From a virus (lineage: Duplodnaviria; Caudoviricetes), in IMG/VR virus record IMGVR_UViG_3300032295_002421, positions 1-64,000 of that record: a stretch of 64,000 nucleotides of DNA, one strand, 5' to 3'. Within the stretch, counting starts at the first letter, position 1; every line of letters starts with the position of its first letter. The translations under genes were made by a program, and so were the position numbers. Below the pieces are notes generated by a model, which was not told the origin of the DNA, made no database searches, and saw only the letters and a list, made by a program, of their open reading frames with translations. Of the stretch, positions 37,196-45,890 are shown piece by piece.

Positions 37196-37750
37196 ATGAA
37201 AGTAAATAGGGAAGATCTTAAGTGGTACATAGACAATGTTAAGTACAACTATCCTAACTCAACACCTGAAGAGTTTGTTGATCACCTTGCTAATTACATT
37301 GAGATGAATCCAGGTTGTATTGATGTGAATGGTAAAGCAAGACGCGGTAGATATTATTATTCAACCGTAGGTTATGGAGTATTCAGTTTGTTTGGTGAGA
37401 AATACAGAATGGGTAGGATTGAAATATTTGATAAAAAAACTGAATCGGGATATCAAGTAGATGAAGGAATCTATAGCCTACCTCATGAAGTTGCAAAACA
37501 ATTTGAAGACTTTATTGAATCAATTGAAACAGATCTACCAATTGAAATAAAAATAGGTTCACATGAATGGTGTGAAGAGGAATGTGCTAAGTCACTTGGC
37601 TTTACTGATAGTGATCAGATGAGAGAACCTGAAGCAGTTAAAGCTTATCAAAGAAAAAAGAATGATGAATATGCTAAGTCACAAGGATATAAAGATTGGG
37701 ATGATCTAGTAGCTAATTCTAAATGGTCAAAGAAAAAGAATGAAAAATAA
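37196..37750 (+). CDS. Hypothetical protein
   Basis: 184-aa ORF. Confidence 0.75.
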   Translation: MKVNREDLKWYIDNVKYNYPNSTPEEFVDHLANYIEMNPGCIDVNGKARRGRYYYSTVGYGVFSLFGEKYRMGRIEIFDKKTESGYQVDEGIYSLPHEVAKQFEDFIESIETDLPIEIKIGSHEWCEEECAKSLGFTDSDQMREPEAVKAYQRKKNDEYAKSQGYKDWDDLVANSKWSKKKNEK

Positions 37751-37838
37751 AATAATAAAGTTTTTTAAAGACATATTCTTAGGCTTTAAAATAGCAGAAG
37801 AACTTAAGAAGAAAAGTCAATGGGGTAAATTCTAAGTT

Positions 37839-38150
37839 ATGAAATTAGAAACGCTTACTAAAATTATAGGCACATTAAAGAATCAAAGTGAAGTAACTAA
37901 TCAACTGTACAGACTTAATGTAGATTTAGTTGAGTTTGCAGATCCTTATGAATCAGTAATTACTATACTAATTAAAGAGATTTATGGAGAAGAAGGTTAT
38001 GATTGGTTTAGTTGGTTTTGTTATGACTGTGATTTTGGTAGCAAATATAGTAAGAAAGATCCTGGTGCATGGGATAAAGATAACAATCCTATTTGCTACG
38101 ACATAGAATCACTTTGGAATTGTTTAGAAACTGAATATAAAATAAAATAA
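37839..38150 (+). CDS. Hypothetical protein
   Basis: W-WF-YD-DFG motif. Confidence 0.7.
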   Translation: MKLETLTKIIGTLKNQSEVTNQLYRLNVDLVEFADPYESVITILIKEIYGEEGYDWFSWFCYDCDFGSKYSKKDPGAWDKDNNPICYDIESLWNCLETEYKIK

Positions 38151-38151
38151 T

Positions 38152-38346
38152 ATGGCAACACTTATTGCAACAATCGCTCTTGTATTTCTATTTGCAGGCA
38201 TTCAACATGCGGCTAATTGGATGGTTAGAAAAGTTTATAAAGATGTCTATGGACAAAGAGATGCCTCGTCTGTGATGATCGTGGTCATTCTGGCGGTGGT
38301 CCTGAGCGTCTTTTGTGTCCAAATGATCATACTTTTGAACCAATAA
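38152..38346 (+). CDS. Small two-TM membrane protein
   Basis: Two hydrophobic helices. Confidence 0.65.
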   Translation: MATLIATIALVFLFAGIQHAANWMVRKVYKDVYGQRDASSVMIVVILAVVLSVFCVQMIILLNQ

Positions 38347-38350
38347 TGGC

Positions 38351-38504
38351 ATAAGTTATTGATTTTCAATCACTTACATAACTAATTGATTATCAACAAG
38401 TTATAACTTATTGATTTTCAATCGACAATTTTTGAAAAAGATCAAAAAAAATTTTTTTATATCAAAAATATGTCTTAATTTTACTATGTATCAAATCAAT
38501 AATG
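38351..38504 (+). promoter_or_regulatory. Early promoter cassette 3
   Basis: Repeat units at 38351, 38378 and 38403; downstream part nearly identical to cassette 1 through ATGAATATG. Confidence 0.8.
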
Positions 38505-38741
38505 AATATGCTTAGTAACTACAGAATGAACCTCCCGCAATTGACAGCCGCTCTCAGAAGCAGATGCTTGAACAGGACTGCGGATTATTTTGAATCTTTT
38601 AAGAATGACGATACTGTCACTCTAGATGGTCTGTACATAGACAAATCATTTGTTAGACGTCATATCGGACCTGGCGACTTAATGCTAAACCTTGAATGCG
38701 AAGTTACTTCTTACATTTTTGGTGTCCATATCGAAGCCTAA
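38502..38741 (+). CDS. Hypothetical early protein
   Basis: First gene after cassette 3. Confidence 0.65.
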   Translation: MNMLSNYRMNLPQLTAALRSRCLNRTADYFESFKNDDTVTLDGLYIDKSFVRRHIGPGDLMLNLECEVTSYIFGVHIEA

Positions 38742-38766
38742 TCTTTAATCAATCAAAATAATCAAT

Positions 38767-38970
38767 ATGAGCTTTAAGAAATATAACGAGAATTTAAGAA
38801 TGGTATCAGTTGACGGAGTAGACTACGCAAAGTCGTACAGTACATTAGTAGCTAGAGTAGAAGACAAAAAGTTGATCGAACTTGGTCGTTGGTCTAAGAC
38901 TACCACAAAACATGTGAACTACGTGGCTAAGCAGCTCGGTCTTGAATTGATAAGATTTAGTAACAATTAA
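38767..38970 (+). CDS. Hypothetical early protein
   Basis: SY-TLVA...WS-TT-KH motif family. Confidence 0.7.
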   Translation: MSFKKYNENLRMVSVDGVDYAKSYSTLVARVEDKKLIELGRWSKTTTKHVNYVAKQLGLELIRFSNN

Positions 38971-38981
38971 AATTTTATAAT

Positions 38982-39185
38982 ATGTGTAAGAATGAATTAG
39001 AAAAAATGGTCCGCATGAGCCAAGAAGAATACATGCAACAGAATCCTAATTACGAACCTATGTTCCCTAAAGGATGGGATGATGATAGTAGGTGGCCAGA
39101 GTTTAAGTATGACTATGACTCTTTCAGATCCACTCAAATTGCTATCGACCACCATTTAGAGGTTATGGCAGGTTGTTGGGACTAA
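38982..39185 (+). CDS. Hypothetical early protein
   Basis: 67-aa ORF. Confidence 0.6.
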   Translation: MCKNELEKMVRMSQEEYMQQNPNYEPMFPKGWDDDSRWPEFKYDYDSFRSTQIAIDHHLEVMAGCWD

Positions 39186-39211
39186 TATTAATCAAAAAAA
39201 CAATAAAAGTT

Positions 39212-39496
39212 ATGCAAGACATTAATTATCCAGTTGGGTTCACCATTTTCAAGTTAGACGAAGATAAAGAAGAGTATACCATTACAGGTAATATAGCCAA
39301 GGCATATAAATTTAGAGATTTTGAAAGTGCTTATGATTTGGAAGAATATATAAATAAGCACATAGATTGTTCAGGTATTGCTTTTGACTCCGAATACTGC
39401 CAGTTTTTTGCTTATGCTAAAACTGTAGATCGAGCAAAGAAATTTGTCGAGGATATAACTACTTGGGTAGTTAAAGTAAAAGAATTAGTAGATTAA
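39212..39496 (+). CDS. Hypothetical early protein
   Basis: Start moved to ATG 39212. Confidence 0.7.
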   Translation: MQDINYPVGFTIFKLDEDKEEYTITGNIAKAYKFRDFESAYDLEEYINKHIDCSGIAFDSEYCQFFAYAKTVDRAKKFVEDITTWVVKVKELVD

Positions 39497-39517
39497 AAAA
39501 TTAAAACAATAAAGGTT

Positions 39518-39712
39518 ATGAATTACAAAATGAAATTGAGTGACTTAAAAGAAATGGACGGACTTTACTACATAGCAGATATTGTAGACGTAGATGGTAG
39601 TCCTTGGGTTAGTAAAGAGTTCGCACTACAAACTTTAGATCTAGTGAACGCTGAAATGAATCAGCCGGTATTTGAAGACTTCGGAGATGATCTATTTGAA
39701 GATGAGTTCTAA
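39518..39712 (+). CDS. Small acidic hypothetical protein
   Basis: AAAGGTT-ATG start context; D/E-rich. Confidence 0.65.
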   Translation: MNYKMKLSDLKEMDGLYYIADIVDVDGSPWVSKEFALQTLDLVNAEMNQPVFEDFGDDLFEDEF

Positions 39713-39799
39713 AAAAACTTATCTACTCTAAAGATAGATTTTTATACAACAAAAAAATGTCTTAATTTACATTTATATTAAAAAACAAAAAAAGCAGTT

Positions 39800-40045
39800 A
39801 TGCAAAATTCAAATCGCCCGAGCTCTTACACTAAATTGAGCTACATTCAGAAAGTTAGTCGTGTAAACAGAAAGCTCCGTCTTGGAGACGTAACTAGAGT
39901 TGCTGAGACAACCGGTTTTTCTACCACTCATGTGGCAGACGTACTAACAGGTAAGTACTTCAACGATCGTATCGTTAATGAAGCTTACGACATGACACGT
40001 GGACGTAAGTCTAATGTGTACAAGCTTTCTAGCTTGGAGGCTTAA
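39800..40045 (+). CDS. Small basic HTH DNA-binding protein
   Basis: GDVTRVAETTGFSTTHVADVLTGK helix-turn-helix; has its own TGTCTTAATTT element (39738) and a terminator. Confidence 0.65.
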   Translation: MQNSNRPSSYTKLSYIQKVSRVNRKLRLGDVTRVAETTGFSTTHVADVLTGKYFNDRIVNEAYDMTRGRKSNVYKLSSLEA

Positions 40046-40071
40046 TAACCTCACTCATTATTGATTATTTC

Positions 40072-40101
40072 GGCCTGGATCTCTATCCGGGCCTCTTTTT
40101 T
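40072..40101 (+). terminator. Rho-independent terminator
   Basis: GGCCTGGAT-CTCT-ATCCGGGCC followed by a T-run. Confidence 0.85.
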
Positions 40102-40253
40102 ATAACTGGTTGATTATCAATACTTTATAACTGATTGATTTTCAACCACTTATAACTGATTGATTTTCAATCGAGAATTTTCAAAAAAAGACTAAAAAGA
40201 TTTTTTTATTTGACTGGAATGTCTTAATTTTACTATGTAACAAATCAATAATG
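40102..40253 (+). promoter_or_regulatory. Early promoter cassette 4
   Basis: Repeat units at 40102, 40127 and 40152 (25-nt period); TGTCTTAATTTTACTATG...ATGAATATG. Confidence 0.8.
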
Positions 40254-40667
40254 AATATGAACAAGATTATCAACACCCTCGGACTCGGAACCTGCAACTT
40301 TATCAGAGAACAAAAAGGATCTTACAGGATCGTCTACAAATGCCAAGCCGGGTTCATGAGTATTGCGGAAGCAAAATATAACGATGACATGGCTAATAAT
40401 TTCGGACCTGCTCAACTGTTGTCTAGTTGGAAAAAGGGTTCACTTCAAACTATCCAATTCATGGCAGAAGGCGGACAGCACTGGCTTACTGTATTCGCTA
40501 GAAAAGGTAAGAAGGTTGTCGTGATCGATGAGGAGATACTTAAAGATCTTACTGTCGGTACTATCAATTCTTATTGGATTGACACGAATCTGTATTCTCA
40601 AAAACAGTATGCGTATGTCAATGCTAAGAATTGGGCATGTAAAGCATTCGTAATGAATGCCGCCTAA
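40251..40667 (+). CDS. Hypothetical early protein
   Basis: First gene after cassette 4. Confidence 0.75.
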   Translation: MNMNKIINTLGLGTCNFIREQKGSYRIVYKCQAGFMSIAEAKYNDDMANNFGPAQLLSSWKKGSLQTIQFMAEGGQHWLTVFARKGKKVVVIDEEILKDLTVGTINSYWIDTNLYSQKQYAYVNAKNWACKAFVMNAA

Positions 40668-40705
40668 TTTCCAACTAATTAATTAACCAACAAAATTATC
40701 AATAT

Positions 40706-40921
40706 ATGTTTAGAGAAGGAATTTACAGACGTTCAGATCTTATTGTACTTGAAACAATCGAACAGGCTTGGGATGGTGACGAGCTAGTCATAAACTCAGG
40801 AGACGAGAAAGTATGGTTGACTCATCGTGAGAATCGTGCTTACAATGGAGACTATACACTTGAGACTTTATGTCCTATCAGTGGAAAGTGGGAGCAAGAA
40901 TCATTTTCGTTCAAACAATAA
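40706..40921 (+). CDS. Hypothetical early protein
   Basis: 71-aa ORF. Confidence 0.65.
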   Translation: MFREGIYRRSDLIVLETIEQAWDGDELVINSGDEKVWLTHRENRAYNGDYTLETLCPISGKWEQESFSFKQ

Positions 40922-40930
40922 AATTGTAAT

Positions 40931-41155
40931 ATGAAAGTCAAATACACGCCAGGAACACCTGAAGGATTGGTAGGTAAAACCCATACAGTAGAAATAATAG
41001 GCCTGAAGATCTCTAAGATCAGAGGAGTGCTTAATAAGCCACTGATCCAACAGGTGAGAATTAAATATAAAGATGGTAAGACTGAATGGATTGATGGAAT
41101 GAAATTATATAGCGATACACAGCCAAGTAAATTTTTAGAACATTATCAATATTAA
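40931..41155 (+). CDS. Hypothetical early protein
   Basis: 74-aa ORF. Confidence 0.6.
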   Translation: MKVKYTPGTPEGLVGKTHTVEIIGLKISKIRGVLNKPLIQQVRIKYKDGKTEWIDGMKLYSDTQPSKFLEHYQY

Positions 41156-41166
41156 AATATAAAGTT

Positions 41167-41373
41167 ATGGCAACATTAATTAAAAAAGCTGAAAAAGCCG
41201 TAAGAGAATTTAAGGTAGGAGATCTTATTTGTTGGAGTACTTATTTCCATGACGGAAGATCTTATGAGACAACGTACTACAGTGGTACAGTAACTAAAGT
41301 CAACCGAGTCAATCTGATTGCAGAAGACAAAGAAGGAAATACTTGGAAAGTAGAAAAGGAGGAAGTAATATGA
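41167..41373 (+). CDS. Small SH3/Tudor-like hypothetical protein
   Basis: FKVGDLI...GTVTKV...W-V beta-barrel pattern. Confidence 0.5.
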   Translation: MATLIKKAEKAVREFKVGDLICWSTYFHDGRSYETTYYSGTVTKVNRVNLIAEDKEGNTWKVEKEEVI

Positions 41374-41750
41374 AAATAGAAGTATCAACTGGAGAGATCC
41401 TAGACAAGTTCTCTATCTTAATCATTAAGAGATCTAATATTATGGATGATGCCAAGCTAGACAACATCCAGAAGGAGATAGATGAATTACTTCCTATGTT
41501 CATTAGTATTACTTGCAAAGATAAAAAAGTCTATGACAAATATATTGATCTTGCAATAGTTAACAAAGAACTTTGGAGTATAGAAGATGATATCCGAGAA
41601 TGTGAGAGACAAAAAGACTTTGGAGATAAGTTTGTCCAATTGGCCAGATTTGTGTATATTAGGAATGACGAGAGAGCCAAGATCAAGAAGGAGATAAACC
41701 TATTGACTAATTCAGATATAGTGGAAGAGAAGTCTTATGAATCCTATTAA
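41370..41750 (+). CDS. DUF6165-like protein
   Basis: Start moved to ATG 41370. IEVS-GE-DK-SIL-IK...N-LW-IED-IR...AR-VY-ND-RA-IK-EIN...EEKSY. Confidence 0.75.
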   Translation: MKIEVSTGEILDKFSILIIKRSNIMDDAKLDNIQKEIDELLPMFISITCKDKKVYDKYIDLAIVNKELWSIEDDIRECERQKDFGDKFVQLARFVYIRNDERAKIKKEINLLTNSDIVEEKSYESY

Positions 41751-41759
41751 ATAAAAGTT

Positions 41760-41996
41760 ATGACAGCAAAAGAAAAAGCAACCAAATTAATTTCAATGTC
41801 TGAGCTAATCATATTGGCAGAGACGGGGCATAAGCTAAACGTAAAAGAACGTAAAGATATTGCTAAGCGTCATGCAATTAATTGTTGCGATGAAGTATTA
41901 GGAGAAACATCTAATAAGCATTTTATAATAGGAAGAAATGGTGCAAGCGGTGTAGAATATTGGGAAAAAGTAAAACAAGAATTAGAAAATTTATAA
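41760..41996 (+). CDS. Hypothetical protein
   Basis: MTAKEKA...C-EVL...YW-VK family. Confidence 0.7.
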   Translation: MTAKEKATKLISMSELIILAETGHKLNVKERKDIAKRHAINCCDEVLGETSNKHFIIGRNGASGVEYWEKVKQELENL

Positions 41997-41997
41997 T

Positions 41998-42156
41998 ATG
42001 GAAAATTTAGACAAAGCAAAGACAGCATACAATACTCTATTAAAGAGTGGAATGTTCTATGAGTTCTATCCTCAATTGACAGGTAACTGGGATGAGGATA
42101 AGGACTTTTGGTTCGAGGAATATATGGAACAAATGGAAAGAATGAAAAACAGATAG
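41998..42156 (+). CDS. Small hypothetical protein (52 aa)
   Basis: GMFYEFYPQLTGNWDEDK; gap-filling ORF. Confidence 0.55.
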   Translation: MENLDKAKTAYNTLLKSGMFYEFYPQLTGNWDEDKDFWFEEYMEQMERMKNR

Positions 42157-42158
42157 GG

Positions 42159-42545
42159 ATGGATAAAGAACAACAAAAACAAATTCTAATAGATATTATG
42201 AATGAAGATCAGAAAGATGGATTGTATGAAATACGCCCAGGACTCTTAACGTATGATGAAGGAAAGTGGACTATGTATACTGTTTGTCATAATGGATTAT
42301 GGTCTGAAGGTATTCCACTTCATCCGAATGAACATAGAATTTGGATGCACAAATATCAAATGGGAGAAGTTCCTACTCAAGGTAAGAAGATAGACTATCA
42401 AGTTGAATATGGTACTGGAGTTGTTTATGCTATTACCGATCTTAAGAAGCCTAACACTTCAACTATAGGATCCAAGTTAGATCTGATCCTAGAAGAGATT
42501 GACAAGATCAAATGGATGCTAAGAGATTTAGATAGTAGAGTCTAA
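42159..42545 (+). CDS. Hypothetical protein
   Basis: Start moved to ATG 42159. Confidence 0.65.
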   Translation: MDKEQQKQILIDIMNEDQKDGLYEIRPGLLTYDEGKWTMYTVCHNGLWSEGIPLHPNEHRIWMHKYQMGEVPTQGKKIDYQVEYGTGVVYAITDLKKPNTSTIGSKLDLILEEIDKIKWMLRDLDSRV

Positions 42546-42569
42546 AGATATTTATATAAAAAGATCAGG

Positions 42570-43601
42570 ATGAAATTAAGACAACTACTCGAAGACCTTA
42601 CTCTAGAGTTAAATATGCCTAAGCCAGAAGATGCCTACAAGTTTGATAAGATAGCATCTAAGAATTTAGGATACGGAGATTATTACAAGTACGCCTATAC
42701 GAATGTTAAGGGAGATCCTATGGAAGTAACTGTACTATCTACCAAGAAACCAAAGGATCCTGGAATTACACTCTATGTGGCATTTGGTGCAGACGTTACT
42801 GCTCAAGGTACTAAGACTGATTTTATTCCTGATCCTGGTAATGAAGACCCGGATGAAGAAGATAAGTACGATCAAAAGACAGGAGCTGGAGATGTATTGA
42901 AAGTTCTGGCTACCGTGGTCCAAGCTGTAAAGAATACTGTTAACAAGGTTGGAGGTATGGATAAGATATACGCAATGGCATGGTCACCAACAGATCCTAA
43001 AAGAGCAAATGTATACGACCACTACGTACAAACCCTGTTCCCAACCTTTAAGAAGGATCTACAAATGTCTAGGCATTCTTTTAAGTACTATATCAACCAA
43101 GACTTCAAAGGTAAGGAAGTAAATGAGATTGGATTGGACAGTGAAAAGATGAAGCCATATAGATTTACTACAGTAGAAGATGGAGAAGATCGTAGAGTAT
43201 ATTCTTTTAAAACCGATAGCGGTCTTGATTATATGGTTGAATTGGAAGAAGAAGTAGATGATGATCTTGGTATGGTATTGTATATAAACTTTGGAGTGTT
43301 TGATAAAGATGATGTTGGAGCAGGATCAAACCAAAATGTGGTAACAAATAAGGGAGAACAATATAGAGTAATGAATACCATTGCTGCCATAGTAAAAGAA
43401 GACTTAGCCATTAATTCATATATCAAATACATAACATTTAATCCTGCTAAAAGAAAACTTCCTAATCCTATAAGTGGAAAAGAAAGAGATATAGATTCTA
43501 ACTCAAGAGCGAAGCTGTACATGAAATATATTATAGGCAGACTTCCTAATGCTAAAGAGATAGATGATCCTAAATACCCAATCCTCATAAAGATTAAATA
43601 G
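42570..43601 (+). CDS. Putative internal head/ejected protein with two tandem copies of one domain
   Basis: MKLRQLLEDLTLE leader; two related ~150-aa units; ATATTTAT upstream (42548). Confidence 0.6.
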   Translation: MKLRQLLEDLTLELNMPKPEDAYKFDKIASKNLGYGDYYKYAYTNVKGDPMEVTVLSTKKPKDPGITLYVAFGADVTAQGTKTDFIPDPGNEDPDEEDKYDQKTGAGDVLKVLATVVQAVKNTVNKVGGMDKIYAMAWSPTDPKRANVYDHYVQTLFPTFKKDLQMSRHSFKYYINQDFKGKEVNEIGLDSEKMKPYRFTTVEDGEDRRVYSFKTDSGLDYMVELEEEVDDDLGMVLYINFGVFDKDDVGAGSNQNVVTNKGEQYRVMNTIAAIVKEDLAINSYIKYITFNPAKRKLPNPISGKERDIDSNSRAKLYMKYIIGRLPNAKEIDDPKYPILIKIK

Positions 43602-43602
43602 A

Positions 43603-44091
43603 ATGAAACTATCCAAGATACTAAAGGAAGTAATGTCAGAAATAGGAGATGCTTCTAAAGAACCATATGGACCTATTGATACAATAACAGATGATGAAGG
43701 AGATAGACAATATGGATTTAAAACAGAATCAGGAACCATATACGAGGTAAAGGTAGAAACTTTCTATAGAGGAGAAGGAAAACCTGTAATAGCAGCAGTA
43801 TCATTTGGAATAATAGGAGAGGATGGAGATATATCTTATGATGCTCAAACAGGAGAGAATGATATATACAGAATAATGGCAACCATAGTAGCCGTAGTAA
43901 AGAAAGATCTTAAATCAAATCATGCAGATATAATAGAGTTCTCCCCGTCTAAAAGAGCAGGAGATAAAGACAAAGATCCAATGTCAAACGTAAGAACCCA
44001 ACTTTACACAAGATACATTAAAGGACAATTCCCTAATGCTGAAGTAACTAGAACTCTTCATGGAGATATAAGAGTTGACTTAAAAAAATAA
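43603..44091 (+). CDS. Putative internal head protein; third copy of the same domain
   Basis: MKLSKILKEVMSE leader; Y-FKT-SG-Y-V...FG...YR-M-TI-A-VK-DL...F-P-KR...R-LY-YI is shared with 42570. Confidence 0.65.
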   Translation: MKLSKILKEVMSEIGDASKEPYGPIDTITDDEGDRQYGFKTESGTIYEVKVETFYRGEGKPVIAAVSFGIIGEDGDISYDAQTGENDIYRIMATIVAVVKKDLKSNHADIIEFSPSKRAGDKDKDPMSNVRTQLYTRYIKGQFPNAEVTRTLHGDIRVDLKK

Positions 44092-44396
44092 ACCGACTGG
44101 CCCAAGAAATAAACATACATAATAATCCAGTAATAGATAAAGATATAATACCAGAGGATAAGAATACAGATAAGGATATAAAGAAAACAACTCCTACACC
44201 TATACCTGTATAAAGAAACAATATAAAGGATATAGATAAAAGATCCCAATCCCTAATTACCTAGTGTAGTACTAGAAAGATCTAACGGATATAAAAAATT
44301 AATATTGTTAGAAAGTGTTAGTTTGTGTCAATTTGTGTATAAAAGAATAAGAGAAAGAATAACCTGGATCCGTAGCCATATCACGCCCGCGCCGCC
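44092..44396. other. Non-coding, A-rich skewed segment with GATAAAG/GGATATA-like repeats ending in an all-GC run (44384-44396)
   Basis: No credible ORF; strong strand asymmetry. Confidence 0.45.
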
Positions 44397-44566
44397 TAAG
44401 TGATTGATACCCAATAAGTTAGAAAGGATATTTACGTATATAAGAGATTGATTACCAACGACTTATAACTGATTGATTGCTAATAAAAACTTTTCAAAAT
44501 AGTTGCCTAAATATTTTTTTATGTCACTGGATTGTCTTACTTTTACTATGTATCAAATCAATAATG
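44397..44566 (+). promoter_or_regulatory. Early promoter cassette 5 (more divergent)
   Basis: Repeat-like units at 44397, 44440 and 44465; TGTCTTACTTTTACTATGTATCAAATCAATAATG. Confidence 0.7.
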
Positions 44567-44842
44567 ACAATGACAGACAGAACACAGCTTATCCTCTCCT
44601 CAGTACGTAACTACGAATTCATTAAGAAGGCCATTGACACCATTAACGAGAACCTCTACAGTTCAGACCTATGGGTGAATGACAGGATCCAGATGGACGT
44701 AGAACAGGATGAGGACGGAAACATGAGTAGGTTCATCATCACTGGAACTGCCTTAGACTTCTTTCAGATCGGCCTTAGGTACGGTTCACTAGAGGAAATG
44801 AAAAGGAATAAAGAGATCAGTGACATCATTAACAGATACTAG
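44564..44842 (+). CDS. Hypothetical early protein
   Basis: Start moved to ATG 44564 at the end of cassette 5. Confidence 0.7.
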   Translation: MTMTDRTQLILSSVRNYEFIKKAIDTINENLYSSDLWVNDRIQMDVEQDEDGNMSRFIITGTALDFFQIGLRYGSLEEMKRNKEISDIINRY

Positions 44843-44908
44843 GTCCACTCCAAAGAATTATTTTACCACATCAGATTAATTAATTAAATTACAATATAAA
44901 TAAAGGTT

Positions 44909-45703
44909 ATGAATTTGAACACTATTACATCTATCTCTCTCGACTCTGCAAGACAAATCGCTCCAGCTATCTTTGCTACTTCACCTGCACCGACTATCAA
45001 AAGTCCGAAGTACCAGTTCACTCCTACGTTTGAGGTTATCGAACACATGCAAGATATGGGTTACGCATTGACAGGAGTTAAGCAATCTAGTTCTAACGTA
45101 GAGCTCCGTAAGAATTGGGGCATACACATCACCCGCTTCCAACACCCTGACCTTTACATTAAAGACCCACAGGGTATGATCGAGGCAAGGCCTGAGGTTG
45201 TGCTTATCAACTCACATGATGGCACAAGGCCAATTCAATTTGAGATGGGACTGTTCCGCCTAGTGTGTGAGAATGGTTTAGTAATCAAGGACAAGGACAT
45301 GGGAAGCTTTAGAGAGCGCCATACCAAGATGAACTTCCAAGAGGTTAAGAACCTTATTGATGAGAAAGTATCTGGACTCCAAGGCGTAGTTAATACCATA
45401 AGCAAATGGAATATGATCGAGATGACTGATAAGCAAAGATACCAGTTTGCTGTAGAAGCATTGGCCTTAAGACTTTCAGATGATCGTCAGCCTGAACAGT
45501 ATGAGGTATTAGATATTCTTAACGCTAAGCGTAGTGTAGATGAACAACCTACCTTGTGGCACACATATAATACCGTACAAGAGAATCTTATTAAGGGTGG
45601 GTTCCAATTAAACAACCGTCAAGCTAGGGCTATCAAGAATCCTATAGAGGACTTCAATATCAACCAAGGCCTATGGAGTTTAGCTAGCGCTTACTCAAAC
45701 TAG
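44909..45703 (+). CDS. DUF932/DUF945 family protein
   Basis: PEVVLINSHDG...GLFRLVCENGLV...LW-TYN-VQENLI-GG. Confidence 0.85.
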   Translation: MNLNTITSISLDSARQIAPAIFATSPAPTIKSPKYQFTPTFEVIEHMQDMGYALTGVKQSSSNVELRKNWGIHITRFQHPDLYIKDPQGMIEARPEVVLINSHDGTRPIQFEMGLFRLVCENGLVIKDKDMGSFRERHTKMNFQEVKNLIDEKVSGLQGVVNTISKWNMIEMTDKQRYQFAVEALALRLSDDRQPEQYEVLDILNAKRSVDEQPTLWHTYNTVQENLIKGGFQLNNRQARAIKNPIEDFNINQGLWSLASAYSN

Positions 45704-45850
45704 TTGGTTAGAGAGACGAGCTCGCGAGCGACATGCTTGCGGCTTGCTCTTGACCTTTAGCAGTCAACTAGCACCACAGCAATGACCTAATTATGGTAGA
45801 TAGGAGGGCCCTAGCCGGGGGCCCCGCGTTGACTGGCCACGCACACCGGG
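45700..45850 (+). ncRNA. GC-rich multi-hairpin element (ncRNA or ssDNA signal)
   Basis: Long hairpin 45700-45771 (CTAGTTGG/TCAACTAG, AGAG/CTCT, CGAGC/GCTTG, CGCGAGC/GCTTGCG) plus GGGCCC/GGGCCC and GCGT/ACGC stems. Confidence 0.5.
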
Positions 45851-45890
45851 AAAATTTTGAAATTCTATAAGAATATAAATACGTAAATAA

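Noticed and set aside
27508-44490. 25-bp repeats as CRISPR mini-arrays (given the Cas4-like gene)
   Set aside because: Units are head-to-tail with essentially no unique spacers, vary in sequence, occur only in threes and always precede a promoter; no cas1/cas2 or effector gene is present.
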